Shown here: one piece after another, positions 41,300 to 53,716 of the stretch
How positions within the stretch are numbered: position 1 is the stretch's first letter
Layout: every line of letters starts with the position of its first letter
Assembly: GCA_951406725.2 (NCBI GenBank)
Contig: OX597837.1
Span: forward strand, 46,624,001 to 46,688,000
DNA length: 64,000 nucleotides
Source of the DNA: Octopus vulgaris
Lineage: Eukaryota
Reading direction: 5' to 3'
Made by a program: the position numbers and the translations under genes
Notes under the pieces: model-generated
Seen by the model: the letters and a program-made list of their open reading frames with translations, nothing else
Told to the model about the DNA's origin: nothing
The model's database searches: none

Positions 41300-42334
41300 A
41301 TCCAAGCAAGAAAACACAAAAAAACACGAGGACGTGGAACAAATAAAGTATTATTGGACGCTCAGGAAAGAAGGGAAGAAGGAGGGGTTAACGTTTCGAG
41401 CGGAGCTCTTCGAGGGAAACATAGGAGAAGGAAAGATCCCGAGAAGGGTACACACACTCACACACACACACACACATGCATGCAATCTGCCATGCTACTA
41501 CACTGTTCAGGGTGGCTGAACAGGTGCTGTACCTTGCCAAAGTGCAGCCCATAACTATGCAGGACAGTCGTCACTCCATGAGCTATTTTCAAAATACCCG
41601 TACACCCAAGTCTTTTTTATCTTATCCCTCTGCACTCATATTTTTGCTATTTGCCTTGTGCCTTCAATTCAAAGACACCCTGTGGGTATTTACTCCGTAC
41701 CTGTTTGTTCTTGACTTACACGTCAGTCTCATGCCAACCACCCAATCTGTTTTCAGTCATATTTCTTTACTTTTATTTATTTAATTTTTTAATGTCCCAT
41801 TTGTTTCCAGTTGTGAAACTTACCTACATATTGTTTTTCTTTTTTAACCTGGGTGCTTTACAGACGAGTGATATCAACACTTGCTAAAGATGCCAAGTAT
41901 AGGTCTGGAACCATGGAGGATTATGTTCAAATTGGAAGGCCCTCTTCACTTTCCATTCTAACTAATGTTTCTTAACCATTTTTAACCTTTGGACTCCTTT
42001 GATTTTACACCCCTGTTTTACTAGAATGCACCCCCTCCTAACCATCTGATGTTTCAAAAAATCATATATTTTCATAGTTAAATATATTAGGAACTCTTTT
42101 TACTTGCTTCAGTCACCAGACTGTGGCCATGCTGGGGCACTGTCTTGAATTTTTACTCAAAAGAATCAATCCATGTACTTATTTTATTTTTATTTTAAAT
42201 CCTGGTACTACTTCTATTGGTCTCATTTGCCAAACTGCTAAGTCACAGGGATATAAACACCAACACCGGTTGCTAAGCAGTTGTGAGGGACAAAGACACA
42301 CATACATCTATCTATTTATCTATCTATCTATCAT

Positions 42335-42720
42335 CATCATCATCATCGTTTAACGTCCGCTCTCCATGCTAGCATGGGTTGGACGATTTGACTGAGGACT
42401 GGCGAACCAGATGACTGCACCAGGCTCCAATCTTGATCTGGCAGAGTTTCTACAGCTGGATGCCCTTCCTAATGCCAACCACTCTGAGAGTGTAGTGGGT
42501 GCTTTTACGTGCCACCAGTACAGGGCCAGTCAGGAGGTACAGGTAATGATCTCGCTCAAATCTTTTACACATGCCACTGGCACAGGTGCCAGTAAGACAA
42601 TGCTAGTAACGATCACGTGTGAATGGTGTCTTTTACGTGCCACTGGCACAGAAGCCGCTCTGTCAATGGTCACACTCGTATGGTGCTTTTTGCACCCTGC
42701 TAGCACGGATGCCAGTCATT
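42335..42720 (-). mobile_element. RTE-derived 3' UTR element (family C) with tandem ggtgcttttac.tgccac.ggcac units
   Basis: Same tail at 50578-50705(+), 61790-61935(+) and 36215-36360(-). Confidence 0.8.
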
Positions 42721-42731
42721 GAATTTGATTT

Positions 42732-42780
<49 letters not shown>

Positions 42781-44654
42781 TACACACACACACACACGAC
42801 AGGCTTCTTTCAGTTTCTGCCTACCTAATCCATTCACAAGGCTTTGGTCAGCCTGAGACTAATGTAGCCATTCAGTGGGACTTGAACCTGAAAGCATTAG
42901 GAAGCAAACTTCTTACCACACAGCCACGCCTGCACCTATTTGTATAAAATTGTGTGGAAAAAACTGTTAAAATATTCTGTGCATTGTGGAGGTATAAACC
43001 AATTTATTGCCTGTAAACTTTAGCAATGAAATCTTATGTGGACCCTGGTTGGGAACCACTAGTTCTAACCAACTACCTGCTTCTTAGCCTTTATTAAGCT
43101 AAAGCAAAGAAGGGCTTAACACGTATAAGAGTTACTCACCCATCCACCCCCGCCAGGTATTCAAACGAGAAAGAAAGCGTCTGCCTGGCAGAGAGAAAGT
43201 GAGAAAAAGAGTGAATCCATCAGTGTTGGTATTATAGAAACCCTTCAACTGATTTGCTACTTCAATCTTTCATCAACTTGATGTAGCTGTCACTCTGTGT
43301 TTATCTTGCATCAAACCTATTACACTTTACAGACACACACACACACACACACATTCAAGTCTGCTCTCTCTCTCTCACTTACACTCACACCCTCTCATAC
43401 ATGCACTCTCACATACGCGAACGCACATGCACACACACATACATGCACACACACACTCACAAATATGTATACACATACATGTACTAACTTATACACATTC
43501 AAACATATACACAGAGACTTGTATGTACATACATATACATGTGGTATATGCAGGTACTCACATATGGAGGCACATACACACTCATGTAAAATGCATGTGG
43601 GAACATTCATATGTTTACCTACATGTGCACACAACACACAGACATGATACTCATGTACTGCACTCACACACATGCTTACAGAAGAGACACATGCACAAAA
43701 ACAAACATGTACATAGGTTTGTATACACATGTGTAGATATGCATCTGCATGCACAAACAAATATACACTCACAGGTGTAGACACAGAAGCACCGTTGTTA
43801 AACTACCCACAACCAACTCACAAGAGGAAACCTATTGGTTGACTTATTAGGGAGAGAGAAGTTTTTGTTTTACCTGTTTAGAATCGATCGAGGTTTTTCA
43901 CCTTTCTATTGAATATTGAACCTCAGTTCACTTCCTAACAACAGCAACTGAATCTATGAAATTCATTTACAAACAACACATCACATGACCTTGAGACTGG
44001 GGTCTCTTCTGCCTCTCTTCTCTCTGGGTTCAGTCATCGGATTGCCATTAATGGGGGGGATCTTTGTAGGGAAGGCCACAACCATGTGTTAGTTTCAGGT
44101 TCAATTCCATATTGCAGTACATTGCACAGGTGGTCTTGTACTGTAGCCTCAGCTTGACCATTGAATGTCTCGTGAGTGAAATTTGACATGCACACACACA
44201 CACACACATACATACACAGAGGGAGCATGCAATGTTGCCCAGGGTAAAAAGAAGCTATAAATGACCCTGAGTTGTTGAAGGAATATCTGATTTAACATAC
44301 CATTGTTCTATTTCTCTTGATTTGTTAATTTTCATTCAATTATTTTACACTGGTTTTATAGAAGTTTGGTGTATAATGAATGCACTGTCCTATGTATTTG
44401 ACAAGAACAGTATATTTCACAAATTGTTGTGTCAATGATGACATATTACCAAATTGGAGTGTACTGAGTAAAAATACCAGGTTAGGCACAGGTATGGCTG
44501 TGTGGTAAGAAGTTTACTTCCCAACCACATGGTTCTGGGTTCAATCCCACTGTGTGGCACTTTGGGCAAGTGACTTTTTCTATAGCCTCAGATCAACGAA
44601 AGCCTTGTGGGTGAATTTGGTCAACGGAAACTGTTGTATATGTGTGGTTGTGTG

Positions 44655-44972
44655 TGTGTCTTTGCATCTGTACAGAGGAATTCTTTGGGGTTTGAATAAT
44701 TCACCTTTGGAAACATGGGTGTTTCGTTCAACATCCTTAAGCAAACCTTTGACTGGAACGGGCTACTCGACATGAAGAAAATTCTAACTGGGCCCCACCT
44801 GCAAGGTCATGTGCTGTTTATTTTGATATGAGATCACCATGTCGCACATATAGTTGTGATACATGTGCTTGGTGTACCCTTATCAGACAGGTAGTCATGA
44901 TGGGTATACTGGGCTTCGTATATTTGTACCCCAGTGTCACTTTGATGGCATGCACTGCTCTCTCACTCAATA
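44655..44972 (+). repeat. Interspersed repeat family E (reverse copy at about 40440-40690)
   Basis: tacccttatcaga...catgatgg...tttgtaccccagtgtcactttga...ctctc.ctcaataa is present in both orientations. Confidence 0.75.
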
Positions 44973-45778
44973 ACTATGAATAAAATGACAAACGGTTTGG
45001 TGCATGACTTATTTTACTTGATTCAATCATTGGACTGTGGTCAGGCTGGGGCACTGCCTTGAAGGGATGGATCAACCTAATCAACTTATCTTAATTATCT
45101 TAATTATGGTACTCATTGTACCACTCTCTTTTGCCAAAAGACATAAACCAACCAACAATGGTTGTCAGGTAGGCAGTGGGGAAGGGACAAACATGAATGC
45201 ACACACACACACACATATACAACAATATTTCTTAAAGTTTCCATCTAACAAATTCACTCACAAGATTTTGGTTGGCTTGAGGTATAAATACAGTTAGAAG
45301 AAGACATTTGTCCACACAGTCATGCCTGCACATTAGAAAATATCAAAAGATTCTTCTCTCTGTTTATTTTTCTTTTGTTTTCCAGGCAGTGCCCCAGCAT
45401 GGCCGTGGTCTAATGACTGAAAAAGATAAAAGATTAAAAAGATATTTATTTAAAGTCAAATTGTTTAAAGCAGTCTTTTACATACAATACAGCATTGAAA
45501 CAAAACACTATAAATGTAATTTTCTTTTTTTAAGTGAAGTAGCTACCAAGAATGCATTATGTATGCAAATTGGTGTATCCATGTTACTTAAAGCCCTTAA
45601 TAATTGTGGCTTTTGTAAGCAGTGTCTTGGTGGATAGTTAAAGCAGGAATGCAGTTGCTGGTGAAGTCCCAACACAAGCTTGTCCAATTAATAAGGTTTT
45701 TTCTGTCCACAAAGATATTGTCTATAAAAGCAATGTTAACATCCATTTATACACCCAGTGTTGACTAAAATTTCTAGA

Positions 45779-45948
45779 TAGGTGCAGGCGTGGCTGTATG
45801 GTAAGAAGTTTGCTTCCCAGCCACATGGTTCCAGGTTCAGTCCTACTATGTGGTACCTTGTGCAAGTGTCTTCTTCTATAGCCTCAGGTTGAACAAGCCT
45901 TGTGAGTGGATGTGGTATACATAAAGTGAAAGAAAACCATTGTGTGCA

Positions 45949-45980
<32 letters not shown>

Positions 45981-46235
45981 ATCAAAATAAGAAACAAGGA
46001 TATCCAAGGTAGTGTAGTACAATTGTTTCATGCTACTATTTGTGTGTGTGTTTGAAAGACATAAATACGCACACACACACACACATGACAGGCTTCCAAA
46101 AGTTTCTGTCTAGCATATCCACTCACAAGATATTGGTCAGCCCAGGGCTGTAGTAGAAGATACTTGCCCAAGGTTCAACACACTAAACCCCAAAACTACA
46201 TGGTTGCAAAACGGGGTTCTTAACTATGCAGCCAT
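45779..46235. mobile_element. Tail-to-tail inverted pair of family B SINE heads just upstream of the coding exon
   Basis: Plus copy at 45779-45945, minus copy at 46086-46235. Confidence 0.8.
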
Positions 46236-46342
46236 GGTTTAAAATACGAACCCCAAACTTTCTTTCTTTGCTTGACCTTTTCCAAACCTGCCATATTTTG
46301 CTTCCGATTCTTCATCTTATTGTCATTGTTGTTGTTTTTCAG

Positions 46343-46729
46343 AGACAGAGTTCATTGGGGAAGGAGCTGCAGTTACAGCTGGACCAGACACGGCAGTCGG
46401 TGAGCAACCGGACGGTTAGTGAAGAGGAGATGGACAACATGAAACATGAACAGGACAAACAAAGCAAAGAACTCGTTATTTTACGGAAGACTGTGGAGGA
46501 GATGGAGATCCGAATTGCCACCCAGAAACAGACGTTGTCTGCGAGGGATGAGAGTATAAAGAAATTGTTAGAAATGTTACAGAGTAAAGGACTTATGGTG
46601 AAACAAATTGATGCTGACCGCGTAGAGATGGAAACTTTACGTAACACCGCCTTAGAAGAGGAGACGAAGAGGAGACAGTTGGAATTAGTTTTAGAGGAAA
46701 AAGCCAAAGAACTTTCAAAGAAAATAGAT
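46343..46729 (+). CDS. ERC1: Internal coding exon (387 nt, phase 0-0) of an ELKS/ERC1/CAST (Bruchpilot-like) presynaptic active-zone coiled-coil protein
   Basis: Acceptor gttgtttttcAG ends at 46342; donor GTAAGT starts at 46730. Translation RQSSLGKELQ...KQSKELVILRKTVEEMEIRIATQKQTLSARDESIKKLLEMLQSKGL...KKID matches the ERC1/2 motif ELFLLRKTLEEMELRIETQKQTLNARDESIKKLLEMLQSKGL, recalled from memory. Confidence 0.95.
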
Positions 46730-47189
46730 GTAAGTAAACTGATCCGTATTTTCTCATCATTTTCATGTCAGCTTAATCTATGGGCTTTGTTTATGCGTTT
46801 ATTGGCTGCAGGATTTGTTCAGTGAAAGGTCTGGTTATATTATTAGAGCTGCTTCTAATTCAAACTTGAATTTTATTTCACTTGTGTGACACTGTTGCAC
46901 ATCAGTTGATAGATTTTACATTATCTGCAATTTATACCTCAGATCAAGGATTCAAATTTGTTTTGAGGTGACTCAGGTATATGGTGTCGACAAGCTGAAA
47001 TAACAGCGAAATATTGATGGTCACTTTTCTCATTCATCTATGGAGCAATTTGTTTCATCTGCTTTGAAGTGTTCTCTGTTTTTCAACACTTAAAGGTATT
47101 TTCCCGGCATGAAATTCTGCAGCTTAATAAGTATATAAATAAAACCCATACCTTAAGTATGTGACATCAGTAATGTTAACATTATTAGA

Positions 47190-47452
47190 ACTACATTATT
47201 TACATTCGACGGATATTTGTCCTCATCTTGTTTGTTGTTAACACAATGTTTCAGCTGATAAACCCTCCAGCCTTCATCAGGTGTCTTGGGGAAATTTTGA
47301 ACCTGGGTTCTCATTCCTAAGGTATTTTCCGATGTTATTATTATTATTCAGGTCACTACCTGGAATCAAACCCGTAATCTTGGGGTTAGTAGCCCATGCT
47401 CTTAACCACTATGCCATATGCCCATGGGTATAGTGGTTAAGAGTGTGGGCTA
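47190..47452 (-). mobile_element. tRNA-headed SINE with a Penelope-like hammerhead-containing tail and an inverted partial head
   Basis: Minus strand: TGGCATAGTGGTTAAGAGC (A box)...GGTTTGATTCC (B box), (AAT)n, then ACACCTGATGAAGGCTG..CAGCTGAAACATTGTGT. 47425-47452 is an inverted copy of the head. Confidence 0.7.
47241..47284 (-). ncRNA. Minimal type I hammerhead ribozyme (canonical CUGAUGA core)
   Basis: ACAC CTGATGA A GGCTG gagggtttat CAGCT GAAA CA TT GTGT. Confidence 0.7.
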
Positions 47453-49973
47453 AATTATGCTAATAGCTAAACTAAACAGGAGAATGTCTCCGCAGATATT
47501 TAGTCTGTTCCATGTGAAACAATGACATCTTTGGAAATAAATGTTCTGTTTCCAAGATGGAAACATACAAATGCAAATACAGTCAGCTGTTGAATGATTT
47601 TGGGGTTTTCTTTTATTTTTCTACATTGGACAACAAGTAAATATTTTATTGGCTGCAACAGGAACTATGCATGTATTTTATTTTATTTTTTTTATATTGT
47701 CCCCCCCGAAAGAGTAATTTGCATGTTGGTAGTATTGCTAGAATAGAAAGCTATCATCAGTCAGTTTCTACTGTTTCTCTGATTTATTCTACATTCACTC
47801 GTATTTTGTTGCTTCTCTGCAGCTGCTGTGTTAAAATGTGTATGCATGTGCATATGCACACACACACGTGTATATATACACACACATTGAGACACATATA
47901 CATAGACACAAACAGAATCTTCAGCTGGTTTCAGTTCTAACCGATTATTAATGCTTGTATCCATTATGCACCAAGCAACAGCTAAAAAAAAATCATTGTG
48001 AATTCAATATATGCACAAGTGTGTGTGTGTGTGTGTGTAATGAGAGAGTAGAGAGAGAGAGAGAGAGAGAGAGTATAAAAGAGAGAGAGAGATAAGCTTG
48101 TATTTATAAACAAGAAGTAGAAGTACTCAATACATTAGATAGAGTTTAAAACATTTCATTTACAAATAGATGCCACAAATTTTTTTGATGCTAATTGTTC
48201 AAGTTAACGAACTGATCTTTTTTAAAAAGTGAAAATATAAAACTTAAGTGCCAAGAAGTTTTCGGCTTCTAGTGATAAGTGTGTGTGTGTGTGTGTTTGT
48301 GTGTGTTTGTGTGCATGTGCTTGCATGCACATGTGTGTTCGCATATTTGTGTCTATTCCTGTCTTGATGTCATGTGATGCTTATAAACAAACCCCTTCAT
48401 TTTCAGTCTTTCATCAAAAATATATCTGACCATGGGAAATATTACCTTGCTTGGAAACTCAATAAATTCCATCTGATCCATCCATGCAAGCATGAAAAGT
48501 GGGTGTTATAATTATAAATGTATTTATATACACTAGTGCAAACATGCTATCTTTAAGATGGCATGTTTTACATTGATTTCATATCATTGTATTATATACT
48601 CGTATTGTGTATATGCTTAATTATACAAAACCTACTCGTGGGAATTTTCTGAAATTCCTCTCGCTGACCATAGAAAACAATTTTTACTATGAATTATTTG
48701 AATCTACATTGTCTGAAGCATATTTGTTGAAAATTTCATTAAAAATATGCATTTTTCTGGAGGTTATAAGGAAAGAATATAAAACATAAGTTTTAATAAA
48801 AGTTGTAGAGATATTTGAACATGCAATGTCTGCCAAGTAGAAATTTTAATGACAGATTACTTGTATTTGCACATGTGCATAAAATTTAGTCCAGCCACAA
48901 ATACTTCCCTCTGGCCAAGGCTGGTATACCAGTGTGCATACATTACCAGAAGTCCATAATAAACATGTATTCGTTAAAATTATATCAAAGATACACACAC
49001 ATGCACACATCACATATGAAAGCAAGTGAGAATATGAATTAACATCAACAGAAGTTGATGTTAATAATCAAATCTATTTATGATATTAATAATAATTCTT
49101 CCTGAGAAGGTATGAAGTGGTGAAGGTACTGAAATGTTGAACTAAATATACAATATTTGAGACAAATCTCCCCAAATTCAAAGCCAACTGGTGTCTACTT
49201 CATCTTTCTGCTGAGTTGATAAAATTTCCAGTAATACGGTGTGGTTTCACTTTTTACTTTTTACAAAATATATTTTTGTTGTTTCTTTTCTTTTCTGCTT
49301 TTTTCAAATTTTTTTTGAAAATAATTAAGTGGCTTTGTTAAAATTAATAAATTTTTTAATTAAACCTATAATATTTGTTGTTGGCAATTGTTGACACTTC
49401 AGATACTCTTTAGGGAGTCAAACCATGAGCTGAAAAGCTTGGACAACCTCTAAGGACTCTTTCTATTTGAATGCCATTATTGCATGCCAGTAAATATATC
49501 TGGTTGTTGTTGTTGTTGTTTAATTATTGGCAGTTGAAAAATTTCGATATATTTATACAGTGGCTACTAAAAGTTTTGAATAAAGCATTGTGGATGCAGG
49601 TACGGCTATACGGTTAGGAAACTGGCATCTCACTCAAGTGGTCTGGGGTTGTTCCTCTATGCGACATCTTGGGCAAGTGCCTTGTGAGTGGATTTGGTTG
49701 ATAGAAACTGAGAGATGTGTGTGTGTGTGTAAATATATATATTTATATATATATTTATATATATATATATCCATCCATCATCCAGTGTTTTAAATCTAGG
49801 CTTTGTCCCTGTTAATGGGGGTGGCCTAGGTTCTCATTGATATGGAAAGAGTTTATCGACAAGTGCTTAGAGCAAGAGCTAAGGTCAACTTAATTTCTGC
49901 TCCTTTGTTTGAGAGTAGCATGTATTTAATTATTAGTTGGAATGCTTTCACTTCAAATATCCCCATAAAGCCC

Positions 49974-50851
49974 TTAACCCTTTAGCTCCCAGATTACTGT
50001 GTCAAAATGTAAAGGGTAAAGACCTCCCCACTGTCATGAATGACCGTGAGATTGCACCTAGAACATTCTCCTCTGAGGCACAAGTCCGGGCAAGGTTGTG
50101 TTTATGGAAGACCAGCAGTCGCCCATGCATACCAGCCTCCACTCTCCATGCCACTGATGTCATCCGAGGAAAAGGCAATTGCCAATACAGCTTGGCATCG
50201 ATGACATCGCAGCTCATTTCTATAGCCAAATTAATTGGTGCAATGTGAAATAAAGTGTCTTGCTCAAGAACACAACACACAGCCCGGTCTGGGAATCGAA
50301 CTCACTACCTCATGATTGTGAGCCTGATGCTCTGTTTGTTATTCACAATGTTCTGATTGAACCAGGCACTGCTTTGCAGCTTCAAGATTTTGACAATATG
50401 ATTGTTTATTTTCAGAATGACATTGTAGGGTAGGTGTGAGAGGCTAGATCTGGCCAGTTTGAACACAAGGAAATGGCCTGCATACCCATATAAAAACCTT
50501 AGCCCATTATTACCCAGATTATTCTGTTAAATTTAAAGCAGATTTTATTCGTATTGTTTTAATTGGATCATGTTTTAATTGGCGTTAGGAAGGGCATCCA
50601 GCTGTAGAAACTCTGCCAGATCAAGATTGGAGCCTGGTGCAGCCCTCAGTCAAATCGTCCAACCCATGCTAGCATGGAAAGCAGACGTTAAACGATGATG
50701 ATGTTGATGCACTATTTTTGCAACTTCAGGATTTCAATGATATGATCGTTTATTTTCAGAATGACATTGTAGGGTAGGTGTGCGAGGTCAGTTCTGACCA
50801 ATTTGGTAGAATATTTGGCCTGGATATGAATGGTTTAAATGCTAAAGGGTC
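49974..50851. mobile_element. Two tandem piggyBac-type MITE copies, each interrupted by a retroposon
   Basis: ttaaccctttagc 5' end, shared body gaatgacattgtagggtaggtgtg, gctaaagggt 3' end. A family D SINE is inserted at about 50012-50332 and family C at about 50578-50705. Related ends at 23500-23676 and 35257-35330. Confidence 0.6.
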
Positions 50852-52159
50852 AAGGCAAAAGACATCACAACTTTCCATTTCTTCTTCCCTTAAAAAAATA
50901 TCCTGTACTAAATTAAATATACAAAGCAATAATTAATTGCAGAAATAAGTGTATTACCTGACAGGTAGAGAGCAGAATCATTAGAGCATTGGATATAGCA
51001 TTTTGAAACATTTGGTATTTGGTTGTGTCTGTTTGCATTCTGAGTTCAAATCCTATCTGGATCCAAACAGCATTTCCTCTATCTGACGTCATTGATAAAA
51101 CTAGTTTCCTGTTGAGAAAAATTACTTGTGGGGATTCACTCTAATTATATCTTAAAAGGTGATGCCACAGCATGGCCACAAACGCATTACCTTACACCCA
51201 TACACCAGACCACTCGCTATTTCTGCAAGTGTATATGAAAATAGTCTTGCAGTTTTGTATGAGAAGACATCCTATGTATGTGTGTGCATCAGCTATATAT
51301 ATATGTATATATATATATGTATATATATATGTATATATATACGTATATAGCGGATATCTTTAGTCATGTTGTGTCTGCGTTGGTGGATGATTGATGTGTT
51401 TGTGTTGGTATATTTGTTGTGTGTGTTTCTGTTTGTGTACGGTTGATGTGTCGGTGGGAATTAAATAGCAATGTCGGTGGAATCGTGTTTCATTAGCGAA
51501 TCTGTCAAACAGCAGAGCAAGTTTAGATTGCAGTGGAAGCAGCCAGGAAGATCTCGGAAAGAAGGAAGCGAAACTTCTTACTGCATTGACTGCAATAAAA
51601 GTAGAAGTAAATTTATCTACCCACACACACACATGCAGATAATGTGCACACACATATATAAATGTGCACATGCACACACACACAAACAAGTGATGATGAT
51701 GATGAGATGCACACACATACATGTGTGTATATATATATCATCTTTTAACACCCACCTTCCGTGCTGCTGTAGGCTGGAAAGTATTACAGGATCTGACATT
51801 GTGCTCCATTCTCTTCTTTAGCTTAATTTCTATGGCTAAATGTCCTTCCTAATGGTAATTATTTTACAAAGTGACTGGGAGTGCTTTTCATAGTACCAAC
51901 ACTAGTGAGGTTGCCACTCAACTCACAAGACTAAGATCCCTTCTCTTCTTTCTTTTCCCCTTTTCTTCTACAGACATATTCTATATTCCATCCTCAGAAA
52001 GAAATTCTATGAATATCTTTAATCTCCATTTTTTGCATTCATAATTTGGCTGATAACCCTGTGAATTCATAGGTAAAACTCCAATGTAGCAAGAGACTGA
52101 TTCAACCAAAATATAAATAATGTGTGTCTGTGTATCTCTAAATATATTTGCTGTATATC

Positions 52160-52805
52160 ATCATTTAACATGTTTCCCAGGTTCCATTTGTCTGTTTCAG
52201 CATGGTTTCTGTGGTTGGATGCCCTTCCTAACCCCAACCACTTTACAGGGTGTGCTGGATGCTTCTAGCATGGTACTGGCACAGGCGTTTTGACATAGCA
52301 CCAGCACAGGGCCTTTTATGTGGCACCAGCACAAGTGTCTTTTACATGGCACCTGCATAGGTGTTTTTCCATGACACTGGCACAAGTGTTTTTTACGTGA
52401 CACCAACACTCACAAGCCCTCAAGAGAAGTGCCTTTTGGCTGAGAGCAGGATGTAGAGGGCATACCTGTATGTATGGATGGCCACAGATTTAATTAGCTT
52501 GATGTGTCTTCTCTGGCACAGGAAACTGCCAGGAAGTCTTGGTCCCTTGTCATGTCATCTGTGAGGCCCAATGTTTGAAGATCCTTTCTCACTACTTTGT
52601 CCCACATCTTTCTGAGTCTTTCCCTTCCAGAGGTTCGTTCCATAATTAGAGATCAACAGTTCCTTATACAGCTGTCCTCATCCATACACACCTCGTAACC
52701 ATAGCAGCGAACTCTTCTCCCTTGTACACTAAAACTGATGCCTCTTCTACCCAATTTTTCTCTTCAATCATTTACACTCTGATATACACACACACTGACA
52801 TTACG
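52160..52805 (-). mobile_element. 5'-truncated RTE LINE (ORF C-terminus plus 3' UTR)
   Basis: REKLGRRGISFSVQGRRVRCYG..MDEDSCIRNC*SL..RKMWDKVVRKDLQTLGLTDDMTRD, followed by tandem tggcaccagcac units and the family C tail. Confidence 0.8.
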
Positions 52806-52959
52806 TGTGTGTGTGTGCGTATATGTATGTATGTATTGCATTACTATTCTACTACTCCTCCTCCCACTTCAGTTGTGTTACTCATCGTCTTCCCTTCCCT
52901 AACTTCCCCCTCTCATGTATCATTGGTGGAATCTCTGAGGGTTCTAATCATGGTACAGG

Positions 52960-53716
52960 TCCCCTAATACTCAACTGCATACATTTTTTTCATGTGAAAA
53001 TTGAACGATCATCAAATGACACGTCTTAAAATTTTCTGTTCTTTGCTGTCTCAGCATAAAAGTGAACCATTTTTGCATCACATTGTTACGTGTGATGGAA
53101 AATGGATTGTTTTCAACAATAGCAAGAATTCTGCAATGGTGGTTGGATAGAAACGAAGTGCTGAAACACAATCCAAAAACCAATATTCACCAAAAAGAGC
53201 TAATAGTGTCTGTTTGGTGGTTCAGCACTGGTGTCATCCACTGCAGCTTTATGAGAACTGGTAAGTCAATTACAGCAGATGTATAAATCAACCAATTGGA
53301 TGAAATGATGAGTGGACTTGCAATTAAACAAGTGAGATTGGTCAATAAGAGACAGGCCAATTCTCTTGCAAGACAATGCTTGACCACTTGTTGCACAAAG
53401 GATGCTACTCAAGTTCCAGGAACTGAACTTGGAAGTACTCTGCCATCCACCATATCCACCAGACCTTGCACCAACTGACTATCATGTTTCCCAGGCATTA
53501 GACAACTTTTTGCAAGGGAAAACTTCTGAAGAAGATGCAAAAACAGCCTTTCATGATTTCATCATCTCTTTCTCTCCAGAATTCTTTGCTGCTGGCAGAA
53601 ATAAGCTACCAATAAAATGGTGCATACTTTGATTAACTTTGATTAACTTTTTGTTGAGATAAAGTACAATAAACTTTCAGTTCAAAACCAGACATTTCAT
53701 TCTTAATATCCTGATA
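52960..53716 (+). mobile_element. Decayed mariner (DD34D) transposase, Hsmar1/SETMAR-like
   Basis: PFLHHIVTCDGKWI / VSVWW..GVIH / LLQDNA*P...HPPYPPDLAPTDYH..ALDNFLQGK. There are 34 residues between the last two D, with frameshifts and stops. Confidence 0.9.

Noticed and set aside
45360-45395. Strong acceptor ttttgttttccAG followed by GCAGTG
   Set aside because: No GT donor, the downstream sequence is a SINE tail and no coding frame is evident.
48085-48240. Short complementarities to 59470-59790
   Set aside because: The matches conflict in order and involve GA/CT low-complexity sequence; likely chance.
51471-51821. ORF MSVESCFISESVKQ... as an alternative first exon
   Set aside because: Only weak phase-1 donors, incompatible with the phase-0 next exon. 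The sequence is better explained as an RNA duplex arm; the similar ISESVKQ peptide on the minus strand at 56.9 kb simply reflects the complementarity.
52250-52410. Short repeated units resembling a CRISPR array (also 42490-42715 and 17495-17705)
   Set aside because: Eukaryotic context, no unique constant-length spacers and no cas genes; the 52250-52410 and 42490-42715 units are RTE 3' UTR tandem repeats.
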